From contig OZ024743.1 of assembly GCA_964016885.1 (NCBI GenBank), positions 298,530,001 to 298,594,000 on the forward strand: a stretch of 64,000 nucleotides of DNA. The letters are read 5' to 3'. Positions within the stretch are counted from its first letter, which is position 1; each line of letters opens with the position of its first letter. Below the pieces are notes generated by a model. The model ran no database searches and was not told the origin of the DNA. It worked only from the letters and a program-made list of their open reading frames with translations. The position numbers and the translations under genes were made by a program. Source of the DNA: Eledone cirrhosa. Taxonomy: Eukaryota. Shown in pieces: positions 1 through 13,010 of this stretch.

Positions 1-399
1 TCTCACTTAGTTCTTGCAATGACCAGTTCAGCAGGCCAAATGTTGGCGTTAGAATTGGCACAGCATAAGTATTGTGGGCAATGTATTTGTTGTACGCTGA
101 CAGTTCTGATGACCATATTTTCTTTACTCTTCTGAGGTATTCAGTTCTGGTTCTCTCCTTATGTATGTATGTATGTATGTATGTATGTATGTATGTATGT
201 ATGTATGTATGTATGTATGTATGTATGTATGTATGTATGTATGTATGTTTGTATGTATGTATGTATGTGTGTATGTATGTATGTATGTATGTATGTATGT
301 ATGTATGTATGTATGTATGTAGTGCCTTTGCTCACTATAAAAGCTTCACGGCACAGGCATTGCTTTATATCTCTCTGCACTTGTCATCACATGGTACCA

Positions 400-565
400 T
401 GGGACCAGCACTATGTGTCAATAATTGTCATAAGTGTAGTGTTTGTACCAGAATTTTCAAGTCGCTGGCTGGACTAAAAAGTCACACTCGTTCAGCGCAT
501 CGGTAGGAGTTCTCCTACATGGATATAAAGTAGTGGCCGTACTCGAAAACGAGATGGCAGCCACC
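400..565 (+). mobile_element. Probable 3' end of a non-LTR retrotransposon (RTE-like) with terminal C2H2 motif
   Basis: Translation ends CSVCTRIFKSLAGLKSHTRSAHR* (C-x2-C...H-x4-H), followed by a short UTR. Upstream is interrupted by (TATG)n at 161-320. Confidence 0.45.
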
Positions 566-581
566 ATGTATATATATATCA

Positions 582-838
582 GCAGGTCAATACGTGTCAG
601 AGACTCAGATTTGCTGGCCACTGTTGGCACAGCAAGGAAGAAATAGCAGGTGATGTGTTGTTATGGAGTCCATCTTATGGAGCAAGAAACGCTGGTCGTC
701 CCAAGAAGACATACGCCAAGCAACTTGAGCACGATACTGGATGCACTGCCGAAGAACTGGCAAACTCTATGAGAGACAGAGATGGATGGAGGAAACGTGT
801 CGTAGAAAGCTGAGCAAGCTCGACCTGATGATGATGAT
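582..838 (+). mobile_element. RTE/RTE-X-like LINE 3' fragment
   Basis: Frameshifted reading RLRFAGHCWHSKEEIAGDVLLWSP...GRP...QLEHDTG...DRDGWRKRV, typical of an RTE C-terminus. Ends in a (GAT)n tail. Confidence 0.65.
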
Positions 839-919
839 ATATATATATACATATATTTGTATGTATGTATGTATGTTTGTATGTATGTATGTATATATAT
901 TTATATATATATATATTTA

Positions 920-1050
920 TAACGAAGGATTGTGGTAACGAACCAGATGGACCATAACGCACCAGAGTACTCAATACTTAGGGTAGTAGAGTGGCTCAGA
1001 AATAGCCGTCGAAACGGCTTGAGCTCTGTCGTCGGGGTCATACTTTTTCC
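920..1050. mobile_element. Truncated, internally inverted copy of the HHR element at 40808-41121
   Basis: About 920-993 is the reverse complement of about 41047-41121. About 997-1050 matches 40987-41040 directly (tagccgtcgaaacggcttgagctc...gtcggggtc). Flanked by (TA)n. Confidence 0.8.
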
Positions 1051-1081
<31 letters not shown>

Positions 1082-1129
1082 ATGAAATGACAGGAGGCTG
1101 CACTTGTGTAAATCCTTGAAAGGTTTATT

Positions 1130-1187
1130 ATACTATGATCATTTCAATGACCGGGTTCCGTATGAATCCGGTGATATCATCAGGTAT
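1130..1187 (-). ncRNA. Type I hammerhead ribozyme motif
   Basis: Minus strand reads atac CTGATGA tatcaccggattcatacggaacccggtcatt GAAA tgatca TA gtat. Stem I atac/gtat, stem II accgg..ttc/gaa..ccggt, palindromic helix III. Confidence 0.75.
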
Positions 1188-1394
1188 TCGAAATATAATA
1201 AGTGAATGTAATAGATAAAACCCATGGGGCTGAAAATCAATTATTAGCACCACCAACTACAAAAACAAAGACGGTTGAACTGCTTTACGTTGAGTACTCT
1301 CTATATTATTACATTAAGATTGACCATACGGAATTGACCAGCTCTATCCAGTGGTGAACCTCAAACCTGAATAAATATATATATAATATATATA

Positions 1395-1487
<93 letters not shown>

Positions 1488-2050
1488 ATGTGGATAATTC
1501 AACATATGCCAGTTAAAAAGGAAAATGCCATTAGTGCGGTAGTACAGAACATATGATTTAAACAATTTTAAGTTAAGAACTTACTACATGTAAATCATAT
1601 CCGCATTCGAATCTAAACGATTCGTCAATTTTATCTCGAGAACTACACCGATACGTTAATGGTCGTGAACTAAGTGCTTCCCAATTAGAGCCCCAAATCA
1701 TAATGATGCTAGAGAGAAAAAAAAATATGTTCCAGAGGAAGAAATATTCCAATTTGGAGAAAATATAAAGCTGATAACTATGCAAACATTGTCAGAAAAG
1801 TTTACCTCATTATCCATATATTGTGTGGCTGGTACACATAAATGTTAACATGTGTGTCTGTGCATTGATTTATCATATGTATGGTTTGTCACATTTGTAT
1901 ATAAGGGATTATCAGCATTGAATTTAGGATGATACATTCTTACAAATATTTATATAAACGCGTGTGGGTGGGCGCTAGCTTAGCTTATATTTATGCAAGC
2001 AAATATAAGTGTACACACACACACACACAGGCACACACATACACACACAG

Positions 2051-2125
<75 letters not shown>

Positions 2126-2299
2126 AGCAACACACATATATCTGGAAATCTTTCCTGATGATTTCTTTTGAATGAAACAGTTCTAGTCCTGTAGAAGCCA
2201 TTTCTATATTAAAATTGATGTGTACTCTGCTAATGTATTGAGTACCTTACTTACCTTGGTTACCCCCGATTGAATCTGGGACTCACAGATATATCAGAA

Positions 2300-2632
2300 G
2301 TTCTTTGGAAAGCAGTAAACTACCCAGAGAGTTAAAAGAAGGCACAATATGCCCTATCCATAAAAGAGGAAGCAGAGCGGAGGCTAAAAATACAAGCCAG
2401 TCTCCCTGATGTCACATATCAGCAAGGTCATGGAACGAATCACCAGAAAGAAACTGATCACGTTCCTCGAGGAAATGACCGCCTAACTAGTACGTAGCAT
2501 GGCTTTCGCCTAGGAAGAAGCGGCCTTACACAGCTGTTAGAACACTACGATTGGGTACTGAAACAACTGCTGGACAACTTACATGTGGACGTAATATATG
2601 TTGATTTTGGGAAAGCCTTTGACAAGGTCGAC
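2300..2632 (+). mobile_element. CR1/L2-type LINE reverse transcriptase fragment
   Basis: Degenerate reading ICPIHKRGSR..SLMSHISKVMERI..HGFRLGRS..QLLEHYDW..VDVIYVDFGKAFDKVD. Confidence 0.8.
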
Positions 2633-2749
2633 AATACAACTATCCGTAGCGCGCCCATAGGCTTTCATCTATCAAAAAGCCACGAGGAGAAGAAACGATA
2701 GCGAAGAGAGGGAAAGAAAAGAAAAAAGAGAGAAGAAATATATATATAT

Positions 2750-3517
2750 TCTCCTATCGCTGTGGTCTTGTATTTTCTTCCCTTTTGTTGTTTTTTTCGC
2801 TGATTTCTCTTTTCTTCCCGTTTTCCTTCTATTTTCCTTCCCTCTTTTCTCCGTTTTCCCAATAACTTACCCAGTTATTGAACGCTCTCAGCGGTAGATA
2901 TCTTGTCTTTAAAGCATGGAAATATCCGAGAGCCCCAGTAGACAACTGATGAGGGACCCCCCCCTTGCTTTCTTCTTATTCTTACTCCATTTTAAGCTAC
3001 CCTAACTAGCAACTACACAGCCAATCCTATTCTCCATATATTTTATAATGTTTCGCTGTAACCAGTCTTCTCTCTCCTTCTACCTATTTCGTTACTATCT
3101 ACTCTTACCCCTCTTGCTCCCTCTCCCTTTCTCCCTCTCACTTTCACTCATCCTCTCTCTACCAGCCACCTCACTGTTTCCCTCGCCTGACCCTCTAGCA
3201 GCCTTTTTCTCACCTACACTTGCTGGGGTCAGACGTGTCTTTTCGTTCGCCCACACGTTCTTGAACTTAAGTCCTCTTATCGCTGTGGTCTTGGATTTTC
3301 TTACCTTAAGTTGCTCGCACATTGCTCGTTTTTTTTTTTTTTTTCCTTTTCCCTTCTATTTTCCTTCCCTCTCTTCTCCGTTTTCCCAATAACTTACCCA
3401 CTCTGGGGGTAGATATCTTGTCTTTAAAGCGTGGAAATATCCGAGACCCCAATAGGCAGCTGATGAGGAAAACTCCGCCCCGTTCTTGCTTTGTTCTTAT
3501 TCTCACTCCATTTTAAG

Positions 3518-3520
<3 letters not shown>
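2750..3520 (+). repeat. Diverged direct duplication, about 2750-3000 and 3274-3520
   Basis: Shared blocks atcgctgtggtcttg, ccttctattttccttccctct, gtagatatcttgtctttaaagc, ctgatgagg and ctccattttaagcta. Confidence 0.7.
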
Positions 3521-3568
<48 letters not shown>

Positions 3569-4964
3569 TTTATATTCTTTTATTCGTTTACTTTCAATGA
3601 TATAAAAGATGTATCTCTTTTCAATCGCCACAAGAAAATATATTGGAACTGTTTCCTATGTCCTTTTGTGGAGTCTCCCTCATGTGCTGGTAACATTAAG
3701 ATTGATGCGAGGTTATTTGCCTCTACGTCTGCCCTAGCTAGCCTTGGTGATATGATCAATGGTGCTGTGTTAAGTAATATCAGTAGCGAATATAGATTCG
3801 CATTGAGACCGTGCTATTAATGTCTCCTCTGTTGCAGAATGTGGCCTCTTTTTTCGCTTTTCCTCTTTTATATAACTAGCCTTTTACTACAACAAGTTTA
3901 GAAACTGAGCCCTCTTCCTGCACAACCATTCTCATCTAAGCCCTCACCCCTTCAGTCTCGTAAAATTCCGCGATAGCATTTTGGTCTTCGAAGATTATGA
4001 AAACTTGGCGGTCTATGCAGACCCCATTCGGTTACATATTGTTGCGAGTGATCCCCACAGTCTCCAATACCGTATTGTGTCACAGTGTTTACAATATAAA
4101 GCTCATATGCAATACCAATATCTCTGACTGTGTCTTTTGTATTTTATTTTCCATGAATACGGGCAAGTTAGCGACGCCCAGCCCTGTCTGTCTTTTCTCC
4201 TTATCCTCAACATAGGCAGGGAATATGGAAGGGGATGCCTGGTCTGAAACATCAGGCAGCCACTTTCATATTCCTTGCATTCGTCGAGGGAGCATACTTC
4301 CTGCCATATGCTTGTCAGAGCACCCTTCAGTTCCACTTTTGAAGGAATACTGAAATGTTCCATTATTTACAACACAAAGATACGATTTGAATTCAGAATG
4401 TATGTGGTGGTATTGGTGGTGGTGGAACTGATGATAGTAGTAGTGGTTTTTAGTGGTGGAAAAGCACTGGTAGCGATGGGGATAATTGATAAAATCTCTC
4501 CTCCAACTCCACCATGCTTCTCATAGGTGGGCGATAAAGCCGACGCCATGATAAAACTGGTCCAAAAATATTTTTACATATTGCCCCGAAGGGTCAGAGT
4601 TACCTCCATTGTAAAATAAAGTAGTGGACCTTATTGACTACGTTCAACAGATTTAAAAAAAAATCGTTTTAGAAACAGGTAAATAACAAAAACGTGAACC
4701 AACTAAAATACTGCAATATTTCTAACGATAAGGTGATGGAAATGATAAAGACTTATATATTAAGATGCAAAATGGGAGGATGGGGAAAGAAGGAGAAGAA
4801 TTGAGTTTCAATAAAATATATGATGTTTTGCTACTTTTTACTATTGTAACGTGTGTTATTATTATTTCTTTTTTTAAAACTTTATTTATGTTGAGTCTTT
4901 GGTTAATTATTAGAATATTTTGCTTTAAGAAACGATATCGTACATCTACAGAATTATAATATTA

Positions 4965-5390
4965 TTATCTCTTTATTGGCCTCTAGGGCTGAAGCATAAA
5001 AGACAGAGACAGTGGGGATTTACATAAACACGCGTAGAAAAAGGAAAACAGAAAACAATTAACAATAAATAAATAAGAACAGAATTCCACAATAGGAAGA
5101 ACATTAACCAGGTGTAGTGTAGGAACCCAATAGATGCGAAACCACCCTAAACACCAAGAGTATCCTAGGAAGACACCCCCTCCTTTTTAAACTCTCCATT
5201 ACACAAGCGCATACTCACAAGGGCCACACCCGCTACATTCAACCACCTTTTAACAAATGTACTAGGGGAAGCACTTCCCTCTCCACCCTAACTTTTTTTT
5301 TCAATCGGAACTTGAAAAAGTTGACTAGGGCTTGGCCGTCCACCACACAATCTTCACGATGGAGTCAGACAATAACCGGATCAGTCATTT
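4965..5390 (-). mobile_element. L1/Tx1-like LINE 3' end remnant
   Basis: Minus strand reads GQALVNFFKFRLKKKVRVEREVL, followed by a T-rich UTR and aataaa. Confidence 0.45.
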
Positions 5391-6234
5391 ACGTGATAAC
5401 AGCTCTTCTTCTTCTTCTTTTTCTTCTTCTTCTTCTTTGCTCACTTATTCTTGGGAAGGTCGCGGAGGCAGAGTCCTCTAACACTACTTCCAGTGGAAGA
5501 TTTTTACCTCTCCTCTTAGTCCAGTTGCCTTTTATTCAGAGTGGATAGCAGTAGAAATATTTTTACTGCAAGATGCAACAAACTCACCTCGTACTTTGAA
5601 ATCTTTTTGAAATCTTTCTGAAGAAATGCAATATTTAATGTATTGCTAGTGAATGGGCATAATAATAACATTAATATGCAACCAACACTATGTAGACTTA
5701 TATTGTATTGAAACATATTTTAAAGAATGAACTTTTGATAAAATTCTTCGCTTTTTTCTATACTTCACGTCTAGTGTTTGTTATTCCTATACATTAAAAA
5801 ATATTATTACTCCATGATCTTCCACTTGGATACTATAATTTGATCCCTTTTATTGGACTATTACTGTAACCTACAAGGACCTTGTTGAGAAAAAATACTT
5901 TAATAAGCAATCTTACTTGTTTTATTTTTGTTTTTACACTTATCTACCCCCCCCCCCCCCACACATGTATGTATTTATATATATATATATACATCCACAA
6001 ACACTTATACTTCAAAAATACAAGTGTTTTTTTTTTTAGTGTTTTGAACTGGCTACTTTACACTAACGTGAGATGAGTTTATCTTGTTATATGACACAGT
6101 GTGCTTTATCCTTTTAACACTTTCTTATTTGCTTTTGTGTTACATCGGTACTAGTTTCTAAGTTAGTCAAATGAAATTCACATGATAAGAAAGAAATAGA
6201 AAGTAGATTTTGAGTAAGCGAGCGAGATACAGAG

Positions 6235-6342
<108 letters not shown>

Positions 6343-6699
6343 TGAAAGAGGAAAAGAAAGAAAGTAAAAAAAAAGGATGAGAAAAAGAAAGAAAGAAAGA
6401 AAGAAAGAGGGAGAGAGGAAAGAGAAAGTGAGAGGATGGAGTAAAGAGGGGGAAGACAGAAAGAAAAACAATAACGAAAGCATATGAGATTCTGCGCAAT
6501 TAGAGAACGTTTTACCGAGAAAGTTGAAACTCTTTTTATCAAATGTGCCACATCATGATCAAACGGAATGTGAAAATACTAGACTATAAGAACAATAATT
6601 AAGGCATCAGAGCTTGAAATTGCAGTTAAAGAAAAGGACAAAATACAAACAAACAAACAAAAAGAAAATGAAATGGAGAAACTGAACAGGAAAAGGTTA

Positions 6700-6740
<41 letters not shown>

Positions 6741-7271
6741 AAGTAAGAGAGAGAGATAGAGAGAGAGAGAATGGAGTAAGAGAGAGCGAGTAAGAGAGTG
6801 AGAAGGGAGTAAGAGAGAGGGATAGAGAGAGATAGAGAGATAGAGAGAAGGGAGTAAGAGAGATAGATAGAGAGAGAAGGGAGTAAGAGACAGAGAAGGA
6901 GTAAGAGAGAGAGAGTGAAAGGGAAGCGAAGAGGAGAAAGATGAATGTGAGAGAGGGGAAAGAATTTTAAAGATCGTTGAATGTTGAATCGATCAAAAAG
7001 TTTTGCAGACTTCTAAATGAATAGAGAAATGAGAAATGCAAATTTTGTGCAAGTTTAAATGTAACAGGTCAGTGAATATTTCACGGTGAACATGTGTACT
7101 GGTAATGGTTGTGCACAGATCTGTAAAAGAAGGGCAGGAAATTAAGAGAGCAACTGAAGCAAATGAAGAGTTGTGAGTCTTTTTGAAAACGAGATCTAGC
7201 ATTTAAAGAGAAACTGAAATAGGTAATTCTCTTTTTGGTGGATTTGAATGTATTTTCAAAAGAATATTTTC

Positions 7272-7743
7272 CTAGTTAAGGAGAGGTAAAGAAAATAAAT
7301 TAACATACACAGAAGAACAAAATTAATTCTGAAATAAAAACAAAAAAAAAACAAAACAAACTCAACGATACCATTAAACAAAATCACAATAAAACAACAA
7401 ACACAACTATTAAAAATTAGCAAATGTCTTGTCATATTTTACACAGCCCCCATTAATGAGTGAAGACGAATTTTATTAAACTTTGATAACTTCATAGCAT
7501 TCGTTTAACCTGCAGGTTTGGCAACTGTCTCAACAAACAGACAGTTACTCTAATTTTCCTATATAAATGAATGCTATGGAATTATCAAAGTTTAATAAAA
7601 TTCGTCTTGTCTCGTTAATGGAGACTATGCAAAATTTAAACGAGAGATTTGGTAGTTTCGTTTCAGTTTATTCTTTTATTTTATTTTGTTTCTGTTTTGT
7701 TCTATTTCGCTAATTTTGTTTCTTTATTTTCATCACTTCTCAT

Positions 7744-7749
<6 letters not shown>
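7272..7749. mobile_element. Degenerate inverted-repeat element (MITE-like)
   Basis: gacgaattttattaaactttgataa..catagcattc (about 7466-7502) is inverted at about 7570-7607. Weaker outer arms extend to about 7272 and 7749, next to (TA)n. Confidence 0.6.
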
Positions 7750-7796
<47 letters not shown>

Positions 7797-8319
7797 AGTT
7801 TAATAGGCAGTGAATTCCATGTTTATTATGCGGGTACGTGTCTAAGAAACTCCGAGTAATGTTTGTGGGTATCATAGATGGCTAAACTACAAAATCAAAA
7901 ATAAATAGTGTACATAACATATTTGAACAGTTGCAAATTATTCGGTAAGCAAACGAAAGAAGTGAGGCGAGAAAAAAACAACAACAATAAAAAAACAAAC
8001 ATTTTATCAAATAAAGCTTCGTTTGATTTTAGAACTTACAATACTTCTTTATTGTAAATTTACAGCTGTTTAAGCAGAACAGTAACAGCATTGATCTTTC
8101 CGGGTTTGAAGGACATGGAAAAACCATGGGCACTTCTTCATCCAGTCATACAAATTAAAAATATATAAAGCATTGTATGTTTTTTTTTCCTCAAAGGAGA
8201 TTACACATAAATATTGTTTGTTGTTCCTACTCTAGAACATCCTACATACACTGCTTGTTCCTGTGATTTATTGATGATCATAAGCACCGAGAGTGAAACG
8301 GCTTGCCAGGTGGTATTAG

Positions 8320-8500
8320 AAACATCATAGGAAAAAGGCTTCTTCAGTCTCAATCAATTTGAATTTATGCTGTAATTCCTTTATTGTTGATTTGTTACCA
8401 TTATAGAACTTAGGGCAAATTAACTTCTTTAAAAGTATTATAGGAGTTCCAGTTGGTGTTGAGACAATCCTTGAAATTCGGAATACTATAAAACACTGTT
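8320..8500 (-). pseudogene. Highly decayed Penelope-like RT fragment
   Basis: Minus strand RIVSTPTGTPI...FSYDVS resembles the PLE RPIVS..GTP and S(L/F)DV motifs. Confidence 0.35.
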
Positions 8501-11006
8501 GGATTGTTAACAACTACATTCGTTTGTTCTTACATGCAGCCAATTAAAATCGTATCGTTGTAGTGTTAATTACAAAACCATGTTTATGGTTGCATGTGTA
8601 TTACAAACAAATTCAAAACACAGAAATGATGCAATAATCATTAAATGTTAATTTAATCATTAAATACATCAAATACAAAATAAATAATCACCATTAAATT
8701 TCTTTAGAAAAATAAAAACAAGAACAAAATTAGTTATTATGAAGTTATTTTAGAATTTGCTTTCTACTTTAACATTGACGGCTAGAATTCTTCACAGTAT
8801 TCGTTTCAGTATTTTGAGTTCAAATCCGGTCGAGGTCAACTTTGCCTTTCGTCGATAAATAAAGTATCCATCTGGTATTAATGTCAATCTTTCCCCTTTC
8901 TTACCTTTCATACTCTTCTTTCTCTGGAAGTGATCGGCTGTGCTTAAACCTGGTGAGGGATGGGCTCCGCCAGGTTCAAAATACCCAAGACACATCGTGT
9001 ATTAAGACGGTGCCCCTATAACTACATTAGAAGTTTAGGACTGAAGATAACACATTAAATATATTTGTAATTTTAAACATTAGCAGTTATTCGTAAAATA
9101 CGTTCTCTCTAGAAATTCCTTTAGAACAAAGTATCATTGAAATGTAGTGTATCCTGGCTGTATCAGCCTGAGGCAAGCCTTTCACTAAAAACTACAGTCA
9201 AGGTTAGAATAAAAATGTTCGATCAGAGATAGCCTGAAACTAAATAATCGTAGCAATAACAACTACTACATACAGACCTTTCGGGTTTCTTTTTCTTTGG
9301 ACATTATTTTACGTGGTTCTTCCTTTCGTTTAGAGTTTTTCGATAAACGCAATTAATGTTCAGTTCATTGTGGATGATAGGAAGGTGCAGATATTATTGC
9401 GTAGGAAAGACGTTTGCTTCACAGTCATATAGTTCTGTGTTCGATCTAACTGTGCTACACATCGGGCAAGTGTATTGTACCTTAACCGTAGGTCAAATTA
9501 ATTCTTATGAAGGAAACTGGTTGAACGAACCCCGCACGGAAATTTGCTGAATTGAGTGTATGTGTTTTTGGTTTGTAAACTTAATTCGTCACGAAATTTA
9601 ACATAGCCATCTGGCTTTCGGGTGATTATAGTGGACTCAAAAAAGGAAGGGAAATGCCCATGACCCTTTTCAGGGTTTCCGAGACTATTGAGAAAGTTCA
9701 ATGAAGACACTCTCAAACCAGACACCTGGTAGGAATGCTTATAATAGTGTGGAATCCGAAAAAAAGGTAGCGAAAAGGCAGATGGTGGTGTTAAATCGGG
9801 AGACAGCTTAAGTCAACTACACATATAGACTCAAATTAGATTCGAACACAGAACACAAACAACCAAAACAAATACAGTAGGGTGTCACGTCCAACATTTC
9901 AACAATTTTGCCAATCCATCATGCCCGACTACTTTATTTTATCGACCCAGAAAAAAATGAAACCTAACGTTAACCTCGGTGGGATTTAAGCTCAGAACAC
10001 AGTGAGTCAAAACAAATGCTACACGGTCTTATGTCCTATGATCTAATTACTACAGCATTTGGACCAGGTTCCCGATTTCTTTCTCCCCACCCCTAAATGG
10101 TCATGGAGGCTGCCACTCCACCTCTGACAAGACATAAAAAAATAAACATTCACTATGGCAAAGCTTCATTGCCTGTTGTTATATTTTAAAGTAGAGCTGT
10201 GTAATGGTTTGATCGTCTTTCATTTCTTTAGTTCATTTTACTCCCCATGAAGCATTGGGCGACTTTTATCGTTTCTGTAGAAATTTTTGTTAATGGAAGT
10301 AAGAATGCTAACCTTGCGCTCCATCATTCTTCCTTTCTCAACACAGGCGGAAACCCGATCTAGAGTTTCGAAGCCAAATGGCACTGTAACTCTGGATAGA
10401 GGACCATTTCAAGGAACTCTCAGGTGGTTTGAACATATGTGGTTTAAATACGTAATACACGTATGGGTCAAAACGCTTCATTCTTTAGAACGAAATTAGC
10501 GAAACTTGTGAAATTCTGTGCTGTATGTCAAGATAATGAAAAAGATATTGCAAATAATAGAAGTTAATCATCTCAGCTAGCCTGAAATCTAACCATCAAG
10601 ACGAAAATCTATTTGTGAAGAAGATGATTGTAAATATATGAAAAGGAATTTCACATTGAAAAGTTGTTATTCTTCGAACATTTTATCACTGAGTTTATAA
10701 TACAACACCTTTTATTAATTTTATACGAAGCTTCTTTTTCGATTATTTTAGCTTAAGGAAGATAATATATACTATATGAAGCTGAGCGTACAAATAATGC
10801 AATGCTTTTCTCAATATTCTCTGACAATTTCCAGACAATCAACTGACGAAAATTAGATTTTCAAGCAAGAAATAGTAATTCCAATTTTGAAATTATTACC
10901 TCGATATTGATTAAAAAACAATTCTTGTTTTTATTAATTCATTGCATTTTACAAAGAAAATTAAATTACATATCAATATCAATGTAAATATCAATATATA
11001 TATATA

Positions 11007-11087
<81 letters not shown>

Positions 11088-11159
11088 GCGCGCACACATA
11101 TATGTATATATTTATATATAGTATACGTAAATATGTATATAAATTCACACACAAACAAC

Positions 11160-11229
<70 letters not shown>

Positions 11230-11399
11230 TGTCTTTGTGCCTGTATAAGGTTTACATATATATATATATATATACTGTATATATATATATATATGCTGCT
11301 TTATGCATTGAGTTATTTTTCTCCCGGTTATATATATATATACTGTATATATATATATATATATATGCTGCTTTATGCATTGAGTTATTTTTCTCCCGG

Positions 11400-11477
<78 letters not shown>

Positions 11478-11595
11478 ATATATTTATATATTTATATACA
11501 CACACAAAAACACATATATATGTATACCAACACATACACATATCATATGTGAATGCATACAAACTCAACTTAGAAATATCTTTTCTTTTGATATA

Positions 11596-11636
<41 letters not shown>

Positions 11637-11756
11637 GTGAAACTTTGTAGAAAGGAAAACTTTCACGAAAAAAGGATCATTCTTCGCGTTTATAGTATTT
11701 GTATTTAGGTTGTATTTCTTTGTATTGATATATATTTATGTATATATGTATGTATG

Positions 11757-11812
<56 letters not shown>

Positions 11813-11849
11813 TATATAAATATATATATATATATTACCATATATATAA

Positions 11850-11919
<70 letters not shown>

Positions 11920-12405
11920 AGGTAGGCAATTACAAGTTAAAAATACATGCTGATATCACAATCTTTATTGTTTTAAAAATACGTATTGACAGGACATATT
12001 TCATCTCCGAATAATGCCATATTTCTGTTACCGAATCAATGTTTTGCCGTGTTTTCCCTTTCATTAGCATGGTACACTTGAAAAAAAAAGCATGTTACAG
12101 AAATACACATGAAGGCTTCTAATTTCGATGGGAATATAATTTATAACAGATTTTAACATTTTAAATCGATTGTTTCTTACTTGGAGCGAAAATCTTCAAA
12201 ATACTTTATACATACATACACACTTACTTACCTACAAACCAACCTACCCTCTCCCACACAGATATATATAAACTGTATATACATCTCTTTCTCTCTACAT
12301 ATATACATATTGGCACTGTCCGAGTTATCCCCTCTGTATATATAAAGATATAACATTATCGTAAATTTAACACACACAGACACACATATATATTTATTTC
12401 ATTCA

Positions 12406-12517
<112 letters not shown>

Positions 12518-12572
12518 ACACATGTATATGTATTTATACTGTGTATATATACACGATATAGATAGTACACAC

Positions 12573-12627
<55 letters not shown>

Positions 12628-12639
12628 ATATATATAATA

Positions 12640-13010
12640 TCTTCTTCTTCTTCTTCTTCTTCTTCTTCTTCTTCTTCTTCTTTCAAAATGTAGTGACTCT
12701 ACCTGAAGCGACACCCTGATCTCCAGATACATAACCTATTAGGCAACGTTACTCCATAGACCTTTCGAAGAAAGCTCTTTTCGGCCGCCTGTATCACGAT
12801 CGTATTCTTTCGGTCATTAGTCAAAATTCATAACCACAAGTAAAGGTAGACACCAACAGCACCTACTTCCCATCTTCAGATGACCAAATACTGAAGCTGA
12901 TGCATTAATGCACAAGCTCTTGCAATTCTTGTTCTTAATCCAGCCCCTAGCTTTCCATCACTTGTGAAAACGACTCCGAGATACACACATTTCTTCACCT
13001 GCTTCAGTGG
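12640..13010 (-). mobile_element. Decayed LINE 3' end with (AAG)n tail
   Basis: (CTT)n tract at the left boundary, followed by more GC-balanced decayed sequence. Confidence 0.3.

Noticed and set aside
2895-3485. Hammerhead at CTGATGA (about 2947 and 3460), with possible stem I ttgtct/agacaa
   Set aside because: No GAAA follows the stem II candidate. The upstream GAAA would need an implausible topology.
3600-4335. Possible decayed Tc1/mariner transposase on the minus strand
   Set aside because: Only a vague C-terminal resemblance (ELKGALTSIWQE), with no catalytic motif or TIR verified.
10843-10880. CTGACGA...GAAA candidate hammerhead
   Set aside because: No coherent stem I or stem II pairing.
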